A stretch of DNA of 64,000 nt from Lama guanicoe (lineage: Eukaryota), in contig MU054220.1 in the NCBI GenBank assembly GCA_013239625.1, positions 8,281,367-8,345,366 of the forward strand. The letters are read 5' to 3'. Positions 52,768 to 64,000 of this stretch are shown here, one piece after another. The notes beneath the pieces were generated by a model. The model did no database searches. It was not told the origin of the DNA and worked only from the letters and a program-made list of their open reading frames with translations. The position numbers and the translations under genes were made by a program. The first letter of the stretch is position 1. Each line of letters starts with the position of its first letter.

Positions 52768-55027
52768 TTTTTTCTGTTTTTTGTAACTGAGGTAAAGCTG
52801 ATTTACAATATTGTGTTAGTTTCACATATACAGCAAAACAATTCAGTTATAGACATATATACATATAAATATATATTCTTTATGATTCTTTTCTGTTATA
52901 GGTATTACAAGATATTAAATATAGCTATATAGTAAGCCCTTGTTGTTTTATCTTTTTTATACATAGTAATGTGTATCTGTTCATTCCAAACTCCTAATTT
53001 AGCCCTCCTTCTCTTTCCCTTTTGGTAATCATAAATTTGCTTTCTATGGCTGTGAGTCTCCTCTTGTTTTTTAAGTCAGTTTATTTGTATAATTGCTTAG
53101 ATTCCACATATAAGTGGTATCATATGGTATTTGTCTTTATCTGTATGACTTACTTCACTTAGTATGGTAAACTGTAGCTTCATCATGTTGCTGCAAATGG
53201 CATTATTTCATTCTTTTTTATGGATGAGTAATATTTCATTGTGCGTATGTATATAAATATATATATATATATATATGCATGTATATATACACATATATAT
53301 ACCACATCTTTACCCCTTCATTTGTTAATGGGCCGTTAGATTGCTTCCATGTCTTGGCGATAGCTAAAAGCACTTCCTCTAAGATAAGGGAAAAGAATGC
53401 CCACTCTCACTGCTTTTATTAACATAGTTTTGGAAGTACTAATAGCAGTCAGAGAAGAAAAACAAATAAAAGGAATCTAAATTGGAAATAAAGAAGTGAA
53501 ACTGTCAGATGACATAATACTATACATAGAAAATCCTAAAGATGCCTGCAGAAAACTACTAGAGCTTATCAATGAATTTAGTAAATTTGCAGAATACAAA
53601 ATCAGTGTACAGAAATCTGTTGCATTTCTATACACTAACAACAAAGTATGAGAAAGAGAAGTGAAGGAAACAATCTCATTTACCATAGCATCCAAAAGAG
53701 TAAAATACCTAGGAATAAACCTACCTAATGAGGCAAAAGACCAATACTCCATAACCTATAATTGAAGACCATAGAAAAAGATGGAAAGATATACTGTGTT
53801 CTTGGATTGGAAGAACCAATATTGTTAAAATAAACTTACTACCCAAGGAAATCTACAGATTCAGTGCAATCCCTATCAAGTTACCAATGACATTTTTCAC
53901 AGAACTAGAACAAAAAAATTTTTAATTTGTATGTATGAAAACACTAAAGACCTGAAATAGTGAAAGCAATCTGAGAAAGAAGAACAGAGCTGGAGGAATC
54001 ATGTTTCCTGACTTCAGACTATACTACAAACCTGCAGTAATTAAAACAGTATGGTACTTGCACAAAAACAGACACAGTGATCAATGGCAAAAGATAGAAA
54101 GCCCAGAAATAAATCCACACACCTCTGATCAATTTATCTGCAACAGAGGAGGCAAGAATATACAATGGAGAAGAGTCACTTCAATAACTGATGCTGGGAA
54201 AACTGGACAGCTACATGTAAAAGAAAGAAATTAGAGCATTCTCTAGCACCATACAGAAAATCAACTTGAAATTGACTAAAGACATAAATGTAAGACCAGA
54301 TGATACAAAACTCCTAGAGGAAAACGTAGGCAGAACATTCTGACATAAATCACAACAATGTTTTTTGGAATCTATCTCAAATATCATCTCAATATTTCGG
54401 GAGATTCCATTTTGTTAATGGAAACAAAAGCAAAAATTTAAAAAGCGGAACCTAATTAAATTTAAAAGTTTTTGCACAGCAAAACAAACCATAAACAAAA
54501 TGAAAAGACAATCTTGGGAATGGGAGAAAATTGCAAACAGAGCAACTGGCAAGGGATTGATTTACAAAATATACAAACAGCTTACACAGCTCAATAAAAA
54601 TTAAAAAAAAAACTCAATCAAAAAATGGGTGGAAGACCTAAAGAGAAATTTCTCCAAAGAATACGTATTCTTTGGAGAACAACAGGCCCATGAAAAGATG
54701 CTCAGCACAGCTAATTATTAGAGAAATGCAAATCAAAACTACAATGATGTACCATGTCACCCTGGTTAGAATGGCCATCAACAAAAAGTCTACAAACAAT
54801 AAATGCTGGGGAGGGTGTGCAGAATAGAGATCCTTCCTACACTTGTTGATGGGAATGTAAATTGGTAAAGCCTCTATGGAGAACAGTATGGAGGTTCCTT
54901 AAAAAACTAAAAATAGAGTTACCATATGATCCAGCAATCTCACTCCTGGGCATATATCTGGAAAAGACAAAAACTCAATTTGAAAAGATGCACGCACCCT
55001 GTGTTCATAGCAAAACTATTTACAATA
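52768..55027 (-). mobile_element. Artiodactyl-type L1 with 5' inversion (3' part on - at 52768-53361, inverted ORF2 part on + at 53362-55027)
   Basis: T-rich tail at left; orientation switch at about 53361; flanking direct repeat ATAAACAAACTGATTTCT at 52750-52767 and 55025-55042; ORF2 remnants PDFRLYYK and [23 protein letters not shown]. Confidence 0.93.
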
Positions 55028-55829
55028 AACAAACTGATTTCTAGGCTATCACTCTAAATCCTACAGTTTGCTTTTATCCTTGTTTTGTAAGTATAAAGCA
55101 GGCATGATCAAAAGCCAAAGTAAAACATTCTTCCAAAAATTTCAGGGTGATTGTAATTTTATTTCAATGTCATTTTTTAACATTACTCATTCTTCAAAAT
55201 TCCTTTGATTATAATTCTCTTCCTATGTCTAAGTTACATTGTTTAGAGTTCATGAGTTAACAAGACAGTCTACACAATGACTTGTATTTTAATTGAAACC
55301 CTAGTCTCTTCCAAGTGCAGAGTCGGGCTCCTGTAATTTGAGAAACTCTTGCTTCTCAAGATCAAAACCTAGACATTCAGGTTTTCTTGCTAACTCCTAG
55401 GCTCCTTTAAAGTTAAAATCCCTGATTCAATGCAATGGATTTATATCCAATACTGTTTTCATTCACTTATTCTTATTCTTATTCTTATTAGACAAAATTA
55501 TGACCTCTTTTATTAATCTTATATACAACATATATAAGAACACTTGTATTATGAAATCAACTTTAATTCAACACAACAGTTTATCACATAGTGATCATTA
55601 TTAATAATGAAAGAATAAAGAATAAGAAAAGATTACTTCCAGATAGTGATTCATATATTTCAAATACAACACCTAATTTTTGCCTTGAAATAAAAGAAAT
55701 CACTAAAACCTTCAAGAGGGCATATGATTTGAATGGTGCCTTGAATAATGGAAGAAAGAAGTTAATATTAATCCAGCTCTTAGCTCTAGTCCATCATATA
55801 AAACACATAACAAGCATGTAAAGTATTTA

Positions 55830-55970
55830 CTACTATTTTCATTTTCCAAATAAGAACTACAGTTCTGCAGAATTCAATAGGGTACCAAAGAGAACTCAGC
55901 TAGTGAATAATGAGTTTGGATTTTAATCCAAGTTGGTTCCTAACCCCCTTTTTTTTCCCCACCACTCTAT
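55830..55970 (-). mobile_element. MIR fragment
   Basis: cattttccaaataagaactacagttc...cagctagtgaataatgagtttggattttaatccaagt. Confidence 0.5.
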
Positions 55971-58900
55971 TGCATAGGACACATACGACAAAAAAGATGA
56001 TCTTTCTGGAGAAACACAGAACTGGACATTATGTAACAGGCCTCTGTTTATCTAGGCTTGTTCCCTTATGCTACTAATGAGAGAACTGTGACCCAGATAC
56101 AGCAAGAAAACTCCCCAGAGACATGCCTAAAGTAGTGTTGGTGTTAGGACTAAATTTCGGTGTTTTGATTCCTAGTTTGGTCCCTGTTCCTCTCAACATC
56201 CTTGTAGAGTCATGTCAGCAATGCTATGCATGACCTGAGGAGTACTTCCTTTATTCAGGTGGTCAGAGTAGCAATTGCAGTAGAGAAATTATACAGAAGA
56301 GGTTAAAATCTTGAAAAATAGCAAGAGGAACATGGAAGAGACATGGGTATCTTGAGGAATTGCTGAAAGACGTCTCCCAGAAGAACATCTGTTTGAGAGC
56401 TGCTTATTCACGATGCTTGTAATACTGTTTACTGAGTGGTGATGTGTTACTTGCACTGTCCCATAGAAAAAGCAAAGAATTAAGAGTTACCGTCTCAGTC
56501 CTAGAAAGGACTTTAGGATGGAGGAAAGAAATATGCTGTTAACATATCCAAATACAGGACACAGGTTTGGAAAAAGACAGTCATCTTGCTCAGAAATTTT
56601 AGTGCTAATTTTGTATAACTGAAATATTTTAAGTAAAGTCAATACATATTACATGTATAACAGCACATAATAAAATTTGAATACTTTTTTCTGGATCAGG
56701 CACATAAACTAACACGTTTGCCAACTCTTGTACCCTTATTTCAAGTTTGGAATAACATTCAACAATACTTTTCAGTTTGTATCTAAATAGATTGGATCTT
56801 TCAGATCAGTAACAACTCTAAAGAAATGGGTAAGGTCTAGAATGCAGATTTTTCTTCCTTTCCCTACCTGCTTAAAGGATCCCTCACTCTTGTAATCTAC
56901 TCTCTGTTCATTTTAATGAGAATCTTTTTATTTATTCAGGTGGGATCTAAGGATTGACAAGTTCTTTGCTTATTTTACTTTTTAGGCAACTCTGTGTTAG
57001 AGAGATAGTGGTGAGGTGTCCAGCCTTTGCTGAATGACAATTCTATTTTACTTCCTGTCAAAGAGATTTATGTCACCTTTCCGACCTGATTTTTTTTAAT
57101 GGAGCATATTTTTTGAACACGAATCTGAGTTTTTTTTTAGTACTAGCTAGCAGTCTCTTCCTTCTCACTTGACTATTGCCTTCCAGATTAATTACAAGAG
57201 ATTGGCAAAATGAGAAACCCTTCATAGTATGATACCCGGGGTGCCAAGAGATGGGTCTGACTGTTTATTAGGAAAAATGTTATTCTGAGAATTCTAACTT
57301 AAACACGTGAGGAGTATGTGAGTGCAATCAACCACAATTATGCAATATTTTCAATATTATTGTTTAAATGTCTCTTCTTATTTCCTTTACAAGTTAATCT
57401 GAGGGTTATGTCTTATTTTATACTTATTTTTATTCTATTCAATGTAGTGCAAGGTTCTGTCTTATTACACTTTAGCTATACTGACAAGAAATTATTACTG
57501 AATCTAGCCATGTTGTTTTTCATGGTTGGCTGAATTTCTTAGATTATAGTCAAAAAGAAAAGAAAGAAGGAAAAAAAATCTTTAAATCAGGTTGATTCAT
57601 AGTCAGTGCTTCCTACTTCTGAGTGAAATGGAGCATATTTAAATACACAGTTTTGAGAATTTCATATACCACCTTGATACCGTGGACTGTCACATTGATG
57701 TAGTACATACACATTGAGATTTATTGCCATTCATTCTGAAAGAATAAAAGAATGACTAAAGTCGACTTACTGTAAATTTCAAGCTTCGTAAAAGCTTTCC
57801 AAGCAGTGATGCTTCACAAATGACTAATCACCTGACAGCCATTTTGTTTTTATAAATGAACATTAAAAATGTTTAGTGATTGGTGTAGAATATAATTTTA
57901 AAATAATTATGAATACCAACTGTATTTGACCATTTGATTTATTATCCTGTGATATTCATATTAATAATTGTAACTTCCCACTAAGATAGGAAGTTCAACT
58001 TCTAAAAAAAGTTTATAAGAGAGGAAGGTTATTTGAAATATTGGTAGTCTTTTGGCAGTCTTCCTTTTCAATGCCATAAAGCTTGAAGCATTTATAGGTG
58101 TCTGATGTGAATCCAGAAGCTATTCTGGAAACCTAGTAGAATCGTAAAAATGGCAATATCCGGTGTCCTTAAAAGTAAGGACAACTATTGTTTGTGAATT
58201 TTAGGTTTATGAAATTTTTAACATTTCGGTGGAGTAAAACAGAGTTGATTAGTTTTTATCACCTTGACATTTACTTTCAGTCAATAGAAGACCATGGGGC
58301 TATTATCCGGTCTGGAGTTATTTAAGTCATTTAAATTAGATTTCAACCAGTATCTTGCAGGTATAATATAAAATGTCACCAACTGGGTAGAATTCAAGAA
58401 TAAAGTTATCCTGACCTTAGTTGAATATATAGTTTCATGATACACATTTTGGAGTTTTCAGTTAATTCCTTTTGAATTTCCTTTACAGTTAAAAAGCAAA
58501 CTAATGAGGGCTTCCTCGGGATTCCAAAGGCTGAGTAGGATTTAACTCTTGCCATGTTCTGAAAAAGTCAAAGCAGCTGAAAGAGGTGGCATGGGGGAGG
58601 GGGAGCACAAACTGTGAGAACAGAGAATTTAAGAATTTTGATCAAAATGTTTTATTGCTCTGTGCAATTTTCTGAAATCTCAGTCCCCTTCTGAACATTA
58701 TTCAAAAAGCAATCAAGGGGTTCAGTGTGTTAAATCCTTTTCTCTTGTGTCTTTAACAAGAAGGTAGATGATCTCAGAGGTTAATTGTAGTTTTTTGATT
58801 CTGTGATACTATTTGAAGTTTGCATATGAGCATGTCAAATTTTATAAGTACTATTTGTAGATATGATCCTAGTTTTGAACTTAGACCTTTTCTAAAAAGG

Positions 58901-59945
58901 TGTGGGAGGAGGTGACTTATAAAATGTGTCCCAGAAATTTGATTTTAAATATAGTTAGTGTCAATATGACAGACTTTATAGGTGGGACTGTATTTGCTTT
59001 TATACTTTAATGAACATCAATTTTATTTGTGTTGCAATATGCTTTATTGATTTACTAGAAAGGTAATTACGATTACTATGAAATTGTGCAATGGTAAAAA
59101 CATCTCACATGTAAGGTTTTTTAAGGTGGAATAGTTTGTGAGTGGGTTCATACACAGACACTAAAAATATGTGGATAAAATACAATATTCACAATGGGAA
59201 AATGTATCAATGTGCCCATTAGTCAATTAATAGGAATCATAGATGGATATAAGGAATTAAACAATGCCCCACATTAGCATTCTTTTTAACGTTATACCTC
59301 CATCTCTACATATTTAGCTGAAGACTATTTTAGACAACAGGTAAATTGTCTTTCTGATAAAAACTAGTGCTTACAGATAGGTAACATTTTTCATTGTGTT
59401 TTAAAATCTGAAGAATCACATATTTATTTTACATAAAAATGGCTTACTAGAAGAAATAATTTTAGATATGTTTTCAGCTATTAAAGAATTTCACAGTCCT
59501 TTACGTTAAATTTTTTTCAACATTTTTTTGTGAATTCACAGTCAGTAGTTAAAAATTATAAGGGAAGAAGCAAGTTCATTTTCTTATGACAAACATGGTT
59601 TGGGAATTTAGATGAAAAAACATTTTTACAAAGCAAACCTTACTCCAGATACATTTTCTCAAAAAGAATATAATTTCAAAGTTATACAAAATGAAACTAC
59701 TAAAGCAAGCCAGTAAATAATACAGAAAGTGCTTTGCCCCTACTATATAGGTCTGAACAGAAATTTAACTAGATGATAACAGACGACAGAATAATAATGT
59801 GTAAAATTTTATTTGCTTTATTTATTTGGACAAAGGTCAATGGCTAAATTAGCACATTGACTTGTCAAAAGCTCTCGGGTTCTCAGCTTCTCTTCGTTTC
59901 ATGGTCACTAACTTTGAAACATCTGGTTTCTTGTTCCAATCTTAG

Positions 59946-60062
59946 ATTTCGCCAAGATGAAAGTCAACAGACTGGAGATGTCTCAGACTCAGTCTGCACA
60001 GGATCACACAGCAGAAGAGTAAGAAGGACAAAGAAGCAGCAGTGTTGTCTCTGGTTCCGACC
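59946..60062 (+). other. Candidate 117-bp exon
   Basis: Branch point CACTAAC (59906-59912), AG-free tract to tttcttgttccaatcttAG, donor ACC|GTGAGT (alternative AGA|GTAAGA at 60018/60019); one fully open frame. Confidence 0.4.
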
Positions 60063-60074
60063 GTGAGTAATGGA

Positions 60075-60165
60075 AGTTCATACTTCTTGAAACATTCTTA
60101 TGCCTTGTTTCCACACCACCATATTTTCTTCATGTCTCCTACCTCATTCACGGCTCTTTCTCAGA
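60075..60165 (+). mobile_element. L2 fragment
   Basis: cttcttgaaacattc...tctcctacctc...ctctttctcag. Confidence 0.55.
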
Positions 60166-60199
60166 GTATTTTATGAATTACACAAACAAGCAAGAGCAA

Positions 60200-60924
60200 C
60201 TTTCCCCCAGTGGTGGTTCTTGATTCTGGGTAAGGCTTAAGGATTAGGCTCATCCCAGGTAGAGAAGCCCCACGGGGGGAAAAAGAAAGGGAGGACTTTC
60301 AGTGGTCACTCGGGGCTGGCATAACAAGTTAGTGACTTAGAGAACTCAGATGACCAGCTGGCTTGACACAGGCACTTTTGCTGAGCTGTGAATTTACACA
60401 CAGAAGGCTGGGAAGCCAAGCTGAGAGCTTCTTAAAGGTACAGTGGTAGAGTCTCCCAGTGCTTCTGAAGCAAAAGCCAGCAAGGGAGGGAGCCTGTCTC
60501 CAACATGCAACTGGTCCCCAGCACTTCCCAGGTTTAGAACTACATAGTGTGGCAGGGTGCAGAGACAGTGCACAAAACAGAAGACCTGACTTACTGCAGA
60601 CTTTCAAGGTAAAGAGACCAAACATCAGCTAGGTTCTCAGTCAAAACCTCAGGTGTTCTGGCAAGAGAAATAAAGTTGCACCAGAGGTGGGCTGAGACTT
60701 ACTATAAATCCAACCCAATCCTGACTAAGCTCAGTCTATTTTAGATTGAGGTGTCTATCCTTATCCTGTCTTCTTAACAAAGGAAAGAAAGGGAGGGAGG
60801 GAGGGAGAAAAGAAAGGAAAGAAGGAAGGAAAGGGAAGAAAAGAGAGAAAGAGAGAGGGAAAGAAAGAAAGGAAGGAAGGAAGGAAGGAAGGAAGAGAGA
60901 GAGAAAGAAAGAAAAAGAAAGAAC

Positions 60925-60982
<58 letters not shown>

Positions 60983-61580
60983 GAAGGAAGGAAGGAAGGA
61001 AGGAGAAAAGATAAGAAAAGAAGGAAAAGAGAAAAGATAAGAAAAGAAGGAAAAGAGAAAAGAAAGAGAAAGAAACTTCACCTTTGAAGATAGACAGCAT
61101 TATCTGGAGGCTGTTTGCTTCTTGTATTCTAGATAAGGAAAAAACCTCAAAAATATGATCAATAATCAATAGAAATAAAAAGAAACTGATACACACATGA
61201 TACCAGAATTAGAGTTACCAGGCAAGAATTTTAAAATAACGATTATTAATATGCTAAAGAAAATAGAAAAGGGACAGAAGCATAAAATAATGATGGATTT
61301 CAATATGTAGTTGGAACCTATATTAAAGAATAAAATGGAAATTCTGGATTTGAAAAATAAAATACAGAAAATTTTCAGTTTGGTCATTTAAACACCAGAT
61401 TGGCTATATCACAAAAGAAATTTAGTGAACCGGAAAGCCTGCCAATAGAAAAATGCCTAAAATGAAAAGCACAAAGAGGAAAAAAGAAAAAAAGATGAAT
61501 TAAATAGGTAAGAAAATTTGGAGCATGCTCAAAAATTCTAAGAAATATCTTTCCTGGAGCTCTAGAAAGGAAAGAAAGAT
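60200..61580 (+). mobile_element. Old L1M 5' UTR plus decayed ORF1
   Basis: cctgactaagctcagtctattttagattgaggtg, cagcattatctggag; ORF1-like aagaattttaaaataacgattattaatatgctaaag, aaatggaaattctggatttgaaaaata. Confidence 0.65.
60779..61075. repeat. Polypurine compound repeat (GAAA)n/(GGAA)n/(GGGA)n
   Basis: About 297 bp with only 3 pyrimidines on the + strand. Confidence 0.97.
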
Positions 61581-63407
61581 GTTCATTAATTTACCTTTGG
61601 TCCTGTTACGTTTTAGGATCCTGTGAAATGTTGAGGTTGGCCCCCTGTGCGGGCATTATACTAATAAAAACAAATAAAGAGTTTATACCAAAATGCCTGA
61701 GCAAGAAAACAAAATACTTGTTTTTCTGTTAGAAAGATGTATCCATCCAGCAGGTTAAAGGTCTATTTGTCAGTTAAATGGGTCATTCTCAGGCTATCTT
61801 AGGCTCTAAATCCTTATAGAGTGTGTTCTCTGAAAGCTGTGTAGGATTGAAAAATAGTGAGAAATAAGGGAATACATTGTTCTTGGGTTGTTCAAGCAGA
61901 GTCGCCTTGGAAATGTAAAGGTCATGTTTAGTATGAAGAATGGGGTCCCTTTCAGATTGATGAATGATGTTGAACGATCCGGATTTAAAGAAACAGAGTC
62001 AAGAATAGACAATAATGCCACACTCCAAGCCTCCCCTATACAAATGGGGAAGAAAAAGAGCTTGGAGAGGGGAAAATAAATAAATTGTGGATTTTCAGAT
62101 CCACTTAGTACTGGTAGCTATAGTTTATAAAATTCTGTTGCTGCCCGTGGAACTTTCAAGCAGTCTTGCTGATGGTGTGATTCAATTATAAATGAGAAAC
62201 TTAATTTCAGCTGCTTTAGTAAATATTGCATCTTTCTTAAATGATAAATTACTAATTTCTTCCTGCCTAAAGCTCCTATAACACTTAGTAAGAAAATAGT
62301 AATTCTGCCTACATATATAACAGCATTTTGACTCCATAAAACCTTGGGTCTGGTGGGAGGCAATAATACCCACAGAAAAACCACAATGACAACAGAAGTA
62401 GAAGTCACCATGCCTCAGACAGGTACTCGAATGTTTATGAGAGGCCTTTTGCTTCTTTTTATTAGTAAGAGCATCAGAAAATAAAACCATCAAAACACCA
62501 AAGAAGAGATCAGGCATCAGTTTCTTAGACAAGGGTTGCCAAGCGGGCACTTAGGAAATTAAAAAAAACTTCATATAGAAATAACCCCAGTTTTATCCAT
62601 GGCATAGCCCCTGAATCACAAGAAAGGTTGCTTTGAAGTAGAATGGGGCAATTAAATATAATATTTATATTTGGTGTTTGTTGCAAGAGTACATTTCAAT
62701 ATAGGCTGTAATCATGGAAACATACAATGTCCAGTCTCCAGTGTTTACTTTCTCAACAAGGTGGTATCGCTGATTTAAACACCTGGTCTTTTCCATTGTG
62801 CCTCGTAGTCAATGGGCAGCAATTTTGTGTGGGGAAAAAAGAGGTCTGTGTGATACCAATTACTAATGAAAGAATGGTGGTTGGGGGTTCATTACATACC
62901 AGGTATAAATCATGCAAGCAGATGATCCTCACTAAGCAACAGTGATCAGGTCCTTTAAGCTGAGAGGGATGTATATGTAAGGAATGGATCAGAGAGGAGT
63001 TCAGCAGGATCACACAAAGGAAGGAAATGGAAAACTTCAGTTAAAGGCATTCACTAAATGATTCCTTTTCACAATATAATTTTTGTCATTTAAGTTTTAT
63101 TTAAAATTTAAAGCAGAGAGCAGCTTTATTTTAAATTGCTAACCTCTTCTAGTTAAAGGATGGGCTGTTCTTTCAAAAAACAAAAAAAAGCCTCTCATCT
63201 CACAAACAGAGAGGCTGATATATAAAATAACCACTTTCATAGAAGGACTGAATAAGGTACCAATAATGGAGGGAAGAAATAAGAAAACTCTAAGGAACAA
63301 AGGTGATCCAGTTGTGAAACTTGTTGGATGTCAGTCAAATAATTCCCTTTTTTGAATTTGGCTTAATACCTTCGGGACCTGTAAAATATTTAGAACTAAA
63401 GCATCTA

Positions 63408-63720
63408 GATCATATCATTTATTTCTCCAAAAAGTTCCAACAATTCCCTGTTACCTGCAGAACAAAGTCCAAGTGTCCGAGTCTAATACCATAGGCTCCT
63501 TCAATCTTGTTTGAAATAAAATTTTCAGCGTCATTTCTGATTCTATTTTTCCATGTGCTTCATTCTGAAATACAGCATCAGACTTTCTTTCCAGACATAC
63601 TTCACCTAAATCGAACCAATTCTGGTTAGAAAAAAAATCTCATTTGGGGCTTCAAATTTGATTGTATTTACAAAACTCTTCTTGATACTCAAAATCAAAC
63701 TCAATATTGAGTGTTTTTCT
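63408..63720 (+). mobile_element. L2 fragment
   Basis: gatcatatcatt...ttccctgttacctgcagaacaaagtccaa...aggctccttcaatct. Confidence 0.55.
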
Positions 63721-63846
63721 CCTTACATACACATCATTTCAGAACGCCTTTCTTTAACAGAAAGTTATTTGTAATTTTCCCCGCTATTTATTTTAAAAGA
63801 CATAAAAGGCCAATTCTCAGTCATATTCATTTTGCATTCCTGGCAG

Positions 63847-63945
63847 CGTCTTACTCTGGGATTTTCCAATATCAGACATTTGCTAACAGAGTGTTGAATC
63901 ATCAAGTGAATGAAAAAAAAATTCTGATTTTATTTAGTATTTGGG
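63847..63945 (+). other. Weak candidate exon (99 bp)
   Basis: Acceptor ttcattttgcattcctggcAG, donor GGG|GTGAGT. Confidence 0.18.
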
Positions 63946-64000
63946 GTGAGTAGGGGCCATTGCAGGTCTATCATAAACTATCTTGTTTTCTGAATTATAA

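Noticed and set aside
22885..55044. ORFs with L1 ORF2 similarity or antisense to L1 (e.g. 22885, 28484, 29399, 46380, 53477, 54001, 54862)
   Set aside because: Frameshifted remnants of dead L1 copies, not host genes
60746..61196. K/E/R-rich and F/L/S-rich ORFs
   Set aside because: Translations of the polypurine microsatellite
61806..63013. Cluster of 60-122 aa ORFs near the window end
   Set aside because: No homology, both strands, no consistent splice signals
1..64000. tRNA/rRNA/snRNA genes, processed pseudogenes, CRISPR arrays or prokaryotic systems
   Set aside because: None recognised; the sequence is mammalian and repeat-dominated

Overview
AT-rich, repeat-dense mammalian intronic or intergenic DNA. 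The younger L1 3' ends are of the artiodactyl type, and I saw no Alu, B1/B2, Bov-tA, PRE-1 or CHR SINEs, so a camelid is the most likely source (inference). I recognise no protein-coding gene; the ORF track is explained by L1 debris, low-complexity sequence and chance. Much of the window is fossil L1, L2, MIR, MLT1/ERV1 solo LTRs and MER5 MITEs, often nested. Repeat family names come from remembered consensus resemblance and their boundaries are approximate. The most notable signals are: a gapless 33-bp-stem hairpin with pri-miRNA geometry (20746-20824); several + strand exon candidates, three of which chain into one open frame from a strong-Kozak ATG; a small CpG/GC-box cluster with an adjacent TCF/AP-1/ETS module (25.76-26.49 kb); a twin-primed 5'-inverted L1 with an 18-bp target-site repeat and two internal fold-back palindromes; a CpG-rich old LTR; a TAATTA cluster; and a decayed AT-rich tandem array. 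None is demonstrated to be functional from sequence alone.
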